DNA of 64,000 nt. Source: Mobula hypostoma (lineage: Eukaryota). The stretch covers positions 95,916,001-95,980,000 of the forward strand of contig NC_086108.1 in NCBI RefSeq assembly GCF_963921235.1, written 5' to 3'. A model generated the notes under the pieces. That model had not been told where the DNA came from. It saw only the letters and a program-made list of their open reading frames with translations, and did no database searches. Below, piece after piece: positions 1 through 11,295 of the stretch (within the stretch, counting starts at the first letter, position 1; the number at the start of each line of letters is the position of its first letter). Made by a program: the position numbers and the translations under genes.

Positions 1-1435
1 TTACTTAGTTTTTGAACCTTTTGTAAGCTTTTCTTTGCTTCTTGACTAGATTTTCAACAGCCTTTGTACACCACGGTTCCTGTACACTTTATCCTTTCCC
101 AGTCTCATTGGAATGTACCTATGCAGAACACCACACAAATATCCCCTGAACATTTGCCACATTTCTGCTGTACATTTCCCTGAGAACATCTGTTCCCAAT
201 TTATGCTTCCAAGTTCATGCCTGATAGTTTCATATTTCCCCTTACTTCAATTAAATGCTTTCCTAACTTGTCTGTTCCTATCGCTCTCCAATGCTATGGT
301 AAAGGAGATAGAATTGTGATCACTATCTCTAGAATGCTCTCCCACTGAGAGACCCGACACCTGACCAGGTTTATTTCCCAATACCAGATCAAGTACAGCC
401 TCTCCTTTTGTAGGCTTATCTACATATTGTGTCAAGAAACCTTCCTGAACACACCTAACAAACTCCACCCCATCTGAACCCCTTGCTCTAGGGAGATGCC
501 AATCAATATTTGGGAAATTAAAATCTCCCACCACGACAACCTTACTAGAATCTGTCTCACTATCTGCTCCTCAATGTCCCTGTTACTACTGGATGGTCTA
601 AAAAAAAGACCCAGTAGAGTTATTGATCCCTTCCTCTATCTAACTTCCACCCACAGAGACTCAGTAGACATCCCTCCATGACTTCCTCCTTTTCTGAAGC
701 CGTGACACTATCTCTGATCAGCAGTGCCATGCCCCCACCTCTTTTGCCCCCCTCCCTGTCCTTTCTGAAAAATCTAAAGCCTGGCACTCTAAGTAACCAT
801 TCCTGCCCCTGAGCCATCCAAGTCTCTGTAATGGCCACAACATCATAGCTCCAAGTACTGATCCACGCTCTAAGCTCATCCACTTTGTTCATAATGCTTC
901 TTGCAGTAAAATAGACACATCTCAAACCATCGGTCTGAGCGTACCCCTTCTCTATTAGCTGCCTATCCTCCCTCTCGCCCTGTCTCCAGCTTTCTTGATT
1001 TGTGAGCCAACCGCCCCTTCCTCCGTCACTTCAGTTCAGTTCCCACCCCCCAGCAATTCTAGTTTAAACTCTCCCCAATAGCCTTAGCAAACCTCCCTGC
1101 CAGGATATTGGTGCCCCTCGGATTCAAGTGCAACCTGTCCTTTTTGTACAGGTCATGCCAGCCCCAAAAGAGGTTCCAATGATCCAGAAATCTAAATCCC
1201 TGCCCCCTGCTGCAATCCCTCAGCCAAGCATTTATCCTTGGACGCGATCAGAAATATCCTGGACCCTGGCACCTGGGAGGTAAACTACCATCCATGTTTC
1301 TACAGAATCACCTGTCTGACCCCCTAACTAGAGAATCCCCTATTACTGCTGCCTTCTTCCTTCTCCTACCCTTCTGAGCCACAGGGCCAGACTAAATGCC
1401 AGAGGCACGGCCACTGTTGCTTCTCCCAGGTTGCT
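1..1435 (-). mobile_element. CR1-type LINE, 5' portion (ORF1 remnants and APE endonuclease), degenerate and cut by the window edge
   Basis: Track ORFs 620..925 (ARSIMNKVDEL...AITETW...RGGG) and 247..534 (GDFNFP...LDLVLGN...SDHN) carry APE motifs. Confidence 0.9.
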
Positions 1436-1699
1436 GTTTTGCTGTTAGCCCTGCTAGTGTCTCCTTCCAATCAACTTCGGCCAGCTCCTCTCTCAAGGCT
1501 CTGTAATTTCCTTTGCTCCACTGTAATACTGATCCATCTGATTTTAGCTTTTTCCTCTCAAACTGGAGGTATTAGAATCACTACCTCCTAAGGAGTTCCT
1601 TTACCTTAAGCTCGCTAATCAAATGAAATGTCATTACATTGCACTTCCCTCATCTTATTCTGCACTACTCTGTCTTTTTGACACCTTCCTCTTAATTCT

Positions 1700-2495
1700 C
1701 TCTTTATTCATCAACCCCTTCTCTCTTTTCTGCATTCCCCATGCAGGCATCCTTCTTCCCCTTTCTCTTCACCTGTCATCATCTCCCTCTGGTGCCTTTC
1801 CTGTGGTCCACTCTGTTCTCCAATCAGATTCCTTCTTCTTCAGCCCTTTACCTCCTCCAATAGGACTGTGTCATTGGGTTTGGAGACATGTGCCTCGATG
1901 ACCTGGAGAGCTCTGTTGGCTGGAGTCAAGCCATTATGCGTCACCCATGCCAAACAGGTTAAATGGTAGAGGCCAGACTGAATGATCCACCTGTTCTCCA
2001 GGTTTGGGGGTTCAGCTCAGGGCTAACAACTCTGAATGGAAATAGCAATGAAGAATTCATCTACATCTGTGTGTGATGGTATTCCTGAGTCTCTACCCAG
2101 GACTTGCATGACCGACAGTCGTGAAAACAGGAGAAGCTACTGACATGATGAACGAAGCCTTGAACACCACCAGGGAATGAAGGACTTTCATTGTTGTCTT
2201 AAGTGCCAGTGGCATAATGGGCAGTAAGTAAGCCCTTTATCTCTTCCACCTATCCCCTCCCAGCTGCTTACTTCATTCCTCCCCTCCCCCACCCATTTAC
2301 CTTCTCCCTCATCTGATCCCATCTATCACCTGCTAGTCTATACTCCTTCCCTTCTCTTCCACCTTTTTATTCTGGCTCTTACTCCTGCCTTTCCAGTCCT
2401 GATGAGGGGGCTTGGCTGAATCATCAATTGTTCATTTCCCTCCATAGATGCTGCCTGACCTGCTGAGTTCCTCCAGTATTTTACATATGTTGATC
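1700..2495 (+). mobile_element. Penelope-derived terminal repeat, split by the insertion at 1860-2230
   Basis: Pyrimidine-rich body ending cagtcctgatgag...atagatgctgcctgacctgctgagttcctccag, a tail shared with the copies at 22070 and 34910. Confidence 0.65.
1860..2230 (+). mobile_element. Non-autonomous RTE-type short element
   Basis: Ends in ggcataatgggcagtaagta (short-repeat tail). Flanked by an 18-bp direct repeat, agccctttacctcctcca (1842-1859) and agccctttatctcttcca (2231-2248), with 2 mismatches. Splits a Penelope-derived repeat. The family call is recalled from RTE 5'/3' ends. Confidence 0.6.
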
Positions 2496-2662
2496 CGTAT
2501 TTTTAAATTGTTTTGATTATCACCTGCTCTTCTTTTAAATTTGCTACATTAGCCCTGTTGGAGCAGATAGGATCTGTGCATCCGAGATTACTTATACACT
2601 CCAATATGTAAACTATCTTTTCTCTTAAGTTAACCTTTTATGTAAGTATTTCACAAATATAA

Positions 2663-2915
2663 GGTGGCATGGTAGCTTGGTGGTTAGCACAACACTTTCC
2701 AGTGTAGGCGACCCAAATTCAATTTCCATTGCCTATAAAGAGTTTGTACGTTCTCCCCTTGACTATGTGGGTTTCCTCCAGCTGCTCCAGTTTCTTCCCA
2801 CAGTCCAAAGGTTGGTTGTAAATTGTCCAGAAATTAGACTAGGATTAAATTGGGGTGATTGCTGGGTAGTGTGGCTTGAAGGGCCTGTTACATGCTATAT
2901 CTCAATAAATAAACA
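2663..2915 (+). mobile_element. tRNA-derived V-SINE (HE1-like)
   Basis: A-box-like ggtagcttggtggttagc and the V-domain gagtttgtacgttctcccc...gtgggtttcctcc...ccagtttcttcccacagtccaaag, followed by an A-rich tail. Related copies lie at ~12540-12680 (-), 24405-24585 (-) and, split, at 13500/15777. Confidence 0.7.
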
Positions 2916-3809
2916 AACAAATTAATAAATAAATAAACTGTCCAATTGAAGACCAGGATAAATATGATTTTAGACTCCCATTCCACAAAACCTGTAATAA
3001 GAAATTTTACTGCTGACTTACAATGAAACCTATTTATACTGTAAGTTGGATCTACACATTTTGGACACATCACCAAATCAACGTTATTCACCTTAAAAAA
3101 GCTCTCACATTGCACGCTGTCATCTGTTTTAAGAGTTCAGAACACATTATATAATTCTACTTGCTACCAAACTAAAATCATTTATCAGAAATGAAGATTT
3201 AAAACAGATTACAGTGATAGCAGTGAATAAATTAGCAAAAACAATTCAAAAAGCCAGGAAGCACTCATACATTGTTAAGTACAGATTTAACAACTATTAT
3301 GACTATTATGCACCATGGTAACCGGTGAGGAACAGGCAATCCCAGTGGCTCCAGATTGCAGTATGTTCCTCCACTTCCTTCATCTTTTACACCCACATTC
3401 TCTCTCTACATATACACCCTTTATTAGTGGAGTGTGGGAAAGATGAGCTAGAAGATGATTACAGGTCATGGATGCTATACTTTACATAATAATATTTTTA
3501 TCAAGAACTGCTAATTTAAAAATTAATGTGGGCCTCGACAGCATGCTGCTTGTTGTGTGTCACCTCTTATGCCCATTTTCTTCAAGATTCAGATTGCTAG
3601 GCATTACAGGTATTCCCATCCACCTTCTCATCATATGCTCCCCTTTTCACATGGATTTATGGTTTCTATTTCTAGCTTCTTTCTGCTTGCCACAAATTTC
3701 AAAATTCTGTTCCCCATACAATCCTTTACAACGCTTATCTCTGCAGGTTCTCTCCAGCTAATCTCTGGTCACATTCTGTGTCCGTTGTATTCTCCCTTCG
3801 TTCAGACTA

Positions 3810-3873
3810 TAGTATGTTCCTATCCTATTGGCTCACCTCCATAGTATGCTCCTATCCTATTGGCTCACCTCCA
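3810..3873. repeat. 32-bp tandem duplication (2 copies, 1 mismatch)
   Basis: tagtatgttcctatcctattggctcacctcca / tagtatgctcctatcctattggctcacctcca. Confidence 0.9.
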
Positions 3874-4392
3874 GTCCTATGGCATGCCTCTTCATAAGCC
3901 TCACCTATTGAACTTCCACTGAATCATTACTCCACTCTTGTCATTGGTGCTGTCAGTCTTATCTAGACTCCCTCTACATCCCTCAAAAGTGGCCCCAACT
4001 TGTCTACTAAATGAGTCACTCATATTCAAATGTGATGGCTACAGATGCTGGGATCGGTGTCCATGTGGACTGTTCAGGAAATATGGCACAATGAGGTTTT
4101 CTGTTGCACATTCAGCTTACTTTGAAGTGGCATATCAAGCTCACTTCTCATGGGATTAGCCTTTTGAATCACTAGTGCCAAGGGGATCAGTTCAATTTGG
4201 CACCATTTTTTATTGGAGGAACTCAAGGGAAAAGTGAACAAGAAGGGTAGGCCAACTACAACAGCTCTGAAGAAGGAAGGCCACCTGAAACCAGGTGAAA
4301 GATTAAGACACCGGACACAGATTGCTTTATCCATTACAGTCCAAAGGAAAACAGTAACTACAGTACTTCTTCAGAAGTACCATGCAGCAAAA

Positions 4393-4640
4393 TATATTTC
4401 TTCAGCCAGAGGGTGGTGAATCTGTGGAATTTGTTGCCACAGGCAGCTGTGGAGGCCAAGTCTTTATGTATATTTAAGGCAGAGGTTGATAGATTCTTGA
4501 TTGGTCAGGGCATAAAGGGACACAGGGAGAAGGCAGGAGATTGGGGCTGAGAGGAAAAATGGATCAGCCATGATGAAATGGTGGAGCAGCCTCGATGGGC
4601 CAAATGGCCTAATTCTGCTCCTATATCTTACGGTCTTATA
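4393..4640 (+). mobile_element. CR1 3'-end fragment
   Basis: Encodes FFSQRVVNLWNLLP, followed by the 3' UTR gggccaaatggcctaattctgctcctatatctta. Confidence 0.85.
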
Positions 4641-5999
4641 TACAAGAAATATAACAAAATGTCAAGGAGTTGACACAGACTCAGATTCAGTCTGCTTTCC
4701 AATATTTCTGTTGTGACATTAAATGCTTACCAGCATTCTGATGTCTATGAGGAACACCAAAAAAATGCCACAGCTTAATCAGATTTGCGTTCAATCGTCA
4801 AAATATGCTTCAACCTTCATTTCAACCATAATGTAAAAAGATATTCAAAGACAGTCTTTTGTATTAAATTATATTATTTTGTTTTTACTTGTATTTTCCC
4901 AATTCTGCAATTAAATAATAAGAAATAAGACAGGAACTATTGGCACTCTTTGTCATCAATGACTTGTGCTGTCAGCCGTGTTACCAAATATTGTAAGCAC
5001 CGATCAGTATGAACCAAAGGTAAAATATTACAAAATTTCAAAGCTGCTTTGTTTTACTGTCGAGGTGCAGGTTATACTGTATCGTGATTGGACCTTTCTA
5101 AACCTTAAGGCCATTATTGATCCAATTTCAAGCACCATAAGCAACAAATACCGTTACTTTGATGAGCCATAAAACACATTCTACCAAATGAGATACTGCA
5201 TATCATTAACACGTCTATCGGAAAATCCAATCAAACACATACCCTGCGCAAAATCTCACATATACTGTTGGAATTTTACATGGTGTCTTAATTATAAACA
5301 ACAACAATAATAAATATTTATATTCAAGATCTTCAACGTATTGGTTGGGTCTTCTTAACGTAGAACAGTATAGCACAGGAACAGGCCATTCGGTCCATTA
5401 TGCTGTGCCAAACCAATTAAATTAGTAATCAAATGACCAACTAAACTAATCCCTTGTGCCTACACAATGTCCATATCCTTTCATTCCCTCACATTCAGGT
5501 ACCTATCTAAAGGTGTCTTAGAAGTCCCTAACGTATCTACCTCTGCCACCACACCTGACCGCGCATTCCTGGCACCCACCACGAACATCTCCTTTGAACT
5601 TAAACATTTGCTCCAAATAATAGAGGAGCGAAGTAAATAGGTTTCAGAATGTCGTGCTGTTAAAAGTCCCAAGGACTGTCTAACACTCCATGAGATCTGG
5701 CTTTGAAACACTTTTGAAATTATTATTCCAGTAGCGTATGAACCAAAACACAGCCAGGCGTGACTTGCAGCGGGAGAACGTGTCTGTCAGGTAAAATCCT
5801 TCGACCTTTTTGTTCCTGAAGGTAGTTTTAAGTCGGAGATAACTGCTGTGAACTGGAACAACCAAATCACATTGAATATTTCATAGGTCGGTGGTTGGGG
5901 TGGGGAACTGACTGGGATTACAAATTTACCTTTTTTAAAAAAAATCCTGCGGTCATTATTTAATGAATTAGTTCATATTATTAAAAGACAGCCTGTCTT

Positions 6000-6960
6000 G
6001 ATGCCCGTACATATGCCCGATTCTAAGTTCCAGGGGAGCTGTCCATCATTTCAGCATGGTTTCGTCGAGCCCGGATAAACATTGGACAGACACCCTTCTG
6101 CAGCCGGGAGAAATATTAATGTGTCGCAAGGAACTGCAATGCACATAGTGCAGATTGAGGTCCGCAGGAACCCCTCTACTACCACCCCTACTGCCAAAAA
6201 AGAATCATTGTTTTGTTTACAGTTCAATTGTTCAGCCTCGACTTTCGATTTTACACGAAAGCCGCCGTTTTACAAGGGTAATCAACGCAGGCGTGGAGAA
6301 ATTTGGGAAGAACGGTCCCTTGTCGCACCGATCACCGGCTCTTACCTTGATTCGTACGTAACAGTGAGTTCCCAAGGACGTGTCGTTCAGGCAAGCGGGG
6401 AGGGTTTCGCGTTCAGTCCGTTGAAAGGATTCTGCCGGGTTCCTGATGATGTGCCACAGAAGTTTTAACAAAATCAGACAGGTACAGAGCCCGCAGAAAC
6501 TGTACGCAAGAGCCCAGAACAGGAGGTTCTTGATCTTCCCAATTACTCGGGTTATACACATCAGGAAATCGCAAAGAGCTTTCACCATAGTCCGGGTGGG
6601 AACGGGAGCTTCCCCCGGCACCGGCGCCTCCTCTCTCTCTACCTCTCTGAGCTGGTCAACGTCGTCTCATTCAGATCGGAACCTTCAGCTGCAGACTGTG
6701 CCGGCCGAGGAACATCCCTTAAACTGAACTCATGGAAACCACCAGAGATGGAAACGTAAAGAATTACGCCTACGTAAAACGCACTGAATTTTAAATAGCC
6801 GTTTTCATTGGCTGCGGGCAGGCCCGGAGCTTCCTAAAACACGTCAAACATCTGCACTGAGGTACAGACGTCAACCGAAACATCTTGGCTGCGTGAAACA
6901 GGTAGATGGGCAGACGCAAATTCTGTCTACAAAGCCCGTCATTACTGCGCGAACTGTCCC
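6000..6960 (-). promoter_or_regulatory. CpG-rich promoter / 5' region of EPHX4
   Basis: CG dinucleotides are visibly enriched relative to the CpG-depleted flanks and span exon 1. There is a CCAAT box on the minus strand (attgg ~6807) and CRE-like ACGTCA motifs at ~6841 and ~6868. The TSS cannot be located from sequence. Confidence 0.65.
6346..6588 (-). CDS. EPHX4: Epoxide hydrolase 4, coding exon 1 (81 aa). Further exons were not found and presumably lie beyond the window start.
   Basis: The ATG at 6588 gives MVKALCDFLMCITRVIGKIKNLLFWALAYSFCGLCTCLILLKLLWHIIRNPAESFQRTERETLPACLNDTSLGTHCYVRIK, followed by donor AAG|gtaaga at 6345. This matches the recalled human EPHX4 N-terminus (LLFWSLVYCYCGLC...LLKLLW...PACLSDPSLGTHCYVRIK); EPHX3 has LGEHGFLNLK at that position. 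Confidence 0.93.
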
Positions 6961-7549
6961 AGAGTGAGTGGAGGAAAATACTGCACTATAGAGAAGCTGC
7001 AATAATCCAATCAAACAATGTCTTCGGCAGAATCTTATTTAATTGTCACCTCTTGCATGGAATTTTCTATGGCTGCCCCTCATGAAAATTACTTCGGGGA
7101 CCCGCGACTTGCTGGTGAGGGGTGTCGCCCATCTCCCACTGCTTTACTGTTGCAGAACCACTTTCCTGGCTTGCTACGATCCTTTCACTGCAAGTACTTC
7201 AACGGAGTAGGGAGTTCTGGAATTTGGTTCCAGCCACATAGCAGAATTACAATTTATTTTGAGTCCAAACCTGAAAAGTGTGAGGTGATTCACTTTGGAG
7301 GTTGGAACTCGAAGGCAGAATACAGGGTCAATGGCAGGATACTTAACAGTGTGGATGAACTGAGAGATCTTGTGGCTCACGTCCACAGAGCCTTTAGAAT
7401 TGCCACGCAGGTTTTTTTAGGGAGTTTAAGAAGGCATATGGCGTGTTGGCCTTCATTAGTCCGGGATGAGTTCAAGAACCACGAGGTACTGAGTATGATG
7501 AAAGAAAATGGGAGGCTATGGGGCAGGGAAGGATCTTGAACCAGGTTAA

Positions 7550-7880
7550 GGGTCATGGTGGGTCACAGCTGTACCCACTGACAGGAAAGATTTAGGGAGT
7601 AAATCTCGAGGGAAAAATCCAGAGCTGGAGTCCCTAAAGGCAGTCATACACTGAGTTCAATGTTGACAGGCAACTCATGCGACGCTACTGGTACCAAACT
7701 GTATCGGTCTCTGCCATTCCTTTGGGTTCATCAGGTGTCTGGAGAGGGGGAGCTTATTACATGGGCGATAGCTTGCTCTCCATATCATATTGCCCAGGCA
7801 TATCTGGATAGTTAGGACACAATACTCTGACTGACAGAGGCCAGTACTCACATACTGGGTTGAGGGGTCACTATGCTGCA
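7550..7880 (+). mobile_element. Probable RTE-type LINE 5'-derived fragment
   Basis: gggagtaaatctcgagggaaaaatccagagctggagtccc resembles recalled RTE 5' regions. No coding support. Confidence 0.35.
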
Positions 7881-7949
7881 GTGTCCTATGTTCTATTTCC
7901 AATTAGGATGGTGTGAATCTTGGAGTTGAATAGCCAGATTAGTCCTGAA

Positions 7950-9410
7950 TCTACAGATTCAGGATCAGTTCCTGTGGATTGGAAGGTGGCTAATGTTGTC
8001 CCTCTCTTCAAGAAGGGAGGAAGAGAGAAAATAGGGAATTATAGACCAGTTAGCCTGACGTCAGTGGTGGGAAAGATGCTGGAGTCAATTATAAAAGATG
8101 AAATTACGACACATCTGGATAGCAGTAACAGGATTGCTCCGAGTCAGCATGGATTTACGAAGGGGAAATCATGCTTTACTAATCTTCTGGAATTTTTTGA
8201 GGATGTAACTATGAAAATGGACAAGGGAGAGCCAGTGGATGTAGTGTACCTGGACTTTCAGAAAGCCTTTGATAAAGTCCCACATAAGAGATTAGTGGGC
8301 AAAATTAGGGCACATGGTATTGGGGGCAGAGTGCTGACATGGATTGAAAATTGGCTAGCTGACAGAAAACAAAGAGTAGCAATTAACGGATCCCTTTCGA
8401 AATGGTAGGCGGTGACCAGTGGGGTACCGCAGGGTTCAGCGCTGGGACTGCAGCTGTTTAAAATATATATTAATGATTTAGATGAGGGAATTAAAAGTAA
8501 CATTAGCAAATTTGCTGATGACACAAAGCTGGGTGGCAGTGTGAAATGTGAGGAGGATGTTATGAGAATGCAGGGTGACCTGGACAGGCTGGGTGAATGG
8601 GCAGATGCATGGCAGATGCAGTTTAATGTGGATAAATGTGAGGTTATCCACTTTGGTGGTAAGAACAGGAAGGCAGATTATTATCTAAATGGAGTCAAGT
8701 TAGGAAAAGGGGAAGCACAAGGAGATCTAGGTGTTCTTGTACATCAATCACTGAAAGCAAGCATGCAAGTACAGCAGGCAGTGAAGATCATAACAAGGGG
8801 AATTGAGTACAAGAACAAAGAAGTCCTTCTGCAGCTGTACAGGGCCCTGGTGAGACCACACCTGGAGTACTGTGTGCAGTTTTGGTCTCCTAACTTGAGG
8901 AAGGACATTCTTGCTATTGAGGGAGTGCAGTGTAGGTTCACAAGGTTAATTCCCGGGATGGCGGGACTGACATATGTTGAAAGATTGGAGCGACTGGGCT
9001 TGTATACGCTGGAATTTAGAAGGCTGAGAGGGGATCTTATTGAAACATATAAGATTATTAAGGGATTGGACACGCTGGAGGCAGGAAGCATATTCCTGCT
9101 GATGGGTGGGTCCAGAACCAGAGGCCACAGTTTAAGAATACGGGGTAGACCATTTAGAACGGAGTTGAGAAAAAACTTTTTCACCCAGAGAGTGGTGGAT
9201 ATATGGAATGCTCTGCCCCAGAAGGCTGTGGAGGCCAAGTATCTGGATGTTTTCAAGAAAGAGATGGATAGAGCTCTTAAAGATAACGGAATCAACGGTT
9301 ATGGGGATAAGGCAGGAACTGTATACTGATTGTGGATGATCAGCCATGATCACAGTGAATGGCGGTGCTGGCTCGAAGGGTCAAATGGCCTACTCCTGCA
9401 CCTATTGTCC
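7950..9410 (+). mobile_element. 5'-truncated CR1 LINE (RT domain to 3' end), relatively young
   Basis: ORFs 7920..8408 and 8412..9329 carry NYRPVSLTS, LDFQKAFDKV, GVPQGS and KFADD, separated by one in-frame TAG. The CR1 3' UTR ggcctactcctgcacctattg follows. Confidence 0.95.
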
Positions 9411-10144
9411 TTACCCTTTCAAGTGGTAGACCTCACAAACCTGAGGGATGTAATCCTTCATGAATTGGTTCAATGCATCTTGAAGATGACATACTCTCCC
9501 AGCAGTGTGCCAGAGGCAAATGGGAATTTACTCAAGTGGGGTCCATTTTTGGAGCTGCCTGGTACATTGTAGGAAAGGCCTTGAATCCAAAATTAATATA
9601 TGGCTAATCCATTTAGGTTTCTAGCCTAGACCCAAAGGATGCTGATGTTGGATAATTCAGTAGTAATAGCAGCATTGAAAATGAAGGCAATTAAACTGAA
9701 TTGGATATGTCATTTGTACCTGGGGAATATTGATTGATGTGGAGATATCTGATTAAATGCAGAATCAGTGAAGTTATGAAACTAATCCAAGATCCCATTA
9801 TCTTTAAACATGAGGAAATCTGTAGATGCTGGAAATCCAAAGCAACACACACAAAATGCTGGAGGTACTCAGCAGCATCTACGGAAAAAAGTAAACAGTC
9901 AAGATTTCAGGCCGAGACCCTTCCTCCTTTATTTATGCTGCATCCAGTACAGTACAGCCATTTTTTGATATCATATGGGAATGAACTGAAATGGATCAGC
10001 CACTTAGCATTTCTGGCTTAATTGGCACAGATGCTTTAGCCTTATTATCTGGGCTGAGCTCTGCATGTTATACAGCACAGAAACCAATCCTTCAACATGT
10101 CATTTAATCCTATTTTCTGCATTTGGCTCATATCCTTTCTCAAC

Positions 10145-10221
10145 CAGTGGTTCGCAACTGGAGATCCATGGACCCCTTGCTTAATGGTATTGGTCCAAGG
10201 CATAAAGGTTGGGAACCCCTG
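10145..10221. mobile_element. ~77-bp hAT-type mini-MITE; second copy in opposite orientation at 12447-12523
   Basis: Termini cagtggttcgcaac...ggttgggaacccctg. The second copy caggggatcccaacc...tttggaatgcctg has the reverse-complement core (ccattaagcaa vs ttgcttaatgg) and a 6/8 TSD, ccctaacc/cccaaact. Confidence 0.6.
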
Positions 10222-11039
10222 CTTATAAACCTTACCTAGTCACATACATACCTACCCAAATGTTTTTTTACCACTTCCTCTAGCAGCTCATTCTGTATAC
10301 ATGCCTCCCTGTGAGAGTATATACTTGCCTCTGGGGTTTCATTTAAATATTTTCCCACTCACCTTAAACCTATGCCCTCTAATTTTACTTTTTCCTATTC
10401 TGGGGGGAAAAATGAACTTATCTTTGCCCTTCATGATTTTATCAATCTCTATGAAGTAATTGCTCAACATCCTTCAGACGTTCTTGACCAAACTCGATCA
10501 GATGGAGATTAGCAGAAGGAAGGAAGGAAAAGATTCACAGGTATGCTCGAAGACTCCTTGAAGAAAAGCGATATCAGCCCTAGCTCCTGGGCAACTGTCT
10601 CTGATCCTCAACATGGAGAAGCCTACAGGTTAGCATTGGGAATCTCAAGTACAGGCACTGATTGCACACAGAAGCCCTGTGTCAGAGACCACCTCACTAT
10701 CTATCCACTGACTTGCCCCCTTATGTCCATCTTTGTAGAAGGGTCCATGGTGCCCACAAGCCTCATGATCTACCTCAGAACTTGAGAGCAGAGTGCAAGA
10801 AAACCTTGAGTGATGACTAAGAATCATCAGTAAACAGGCTCATTCAGTTTTGTGCAGTTTTTGACACAAAATTCCAAGCTCCACATTGAACCAGAGCTGA
10901 GCTCCTGCCGTGATGGTATTTGATTTTCTTTCACTTTAAGGATGCCCAATTATCTGTTCAAAATGTATCATATTCAGTGCAGTAGAGTATAGCTACACTG
11001 TGAAGATGGTTTCTCTTCACAAGGAGACTCCTAAAACTT

Positions 11040-11295
11040 AGAGTTTTGATATTTGGTATATCACTAAACACACTAGCAAATTTCTACATATGTACTGTGA
11101 GAGCATTCTAACTGGTTGCATCATTGTCTGAATGGACAGTGAACTCATGAACACTACTTCACTATTTTTGCTCTTTTTGCACTATAATAAATAATATAAA
11201 TAATAATTTATAGTTTGTGTATTGCATTGTTCTGTTGCCACAACACAATAAATTTCATGACATATGTAAATGATAATAAACATGATTCTGATTCC
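11040..11295 (+). mobile_element. Rex1/Babar-type LINE 3' fragment
   Basis: Encodes an LANFYICTV..ILTGCI-like remnant and ends aataaacatgattctgattc. A similar tail lies at ~15905-15991. Confidence 0.55.

Noticed and set aside
2663..2730. tRNA gene
   Set aside because: It is only a degenerate tRNA-derived SINE head, continuous with a V-domain, with no intact cloverleaf.
6232..6621. 129-aa track ORF as a complete protein
   Set aside because: The real start is the ATG at 6588 and homology ends at the splice donor (6345); the rest is UTR and intron read-through.
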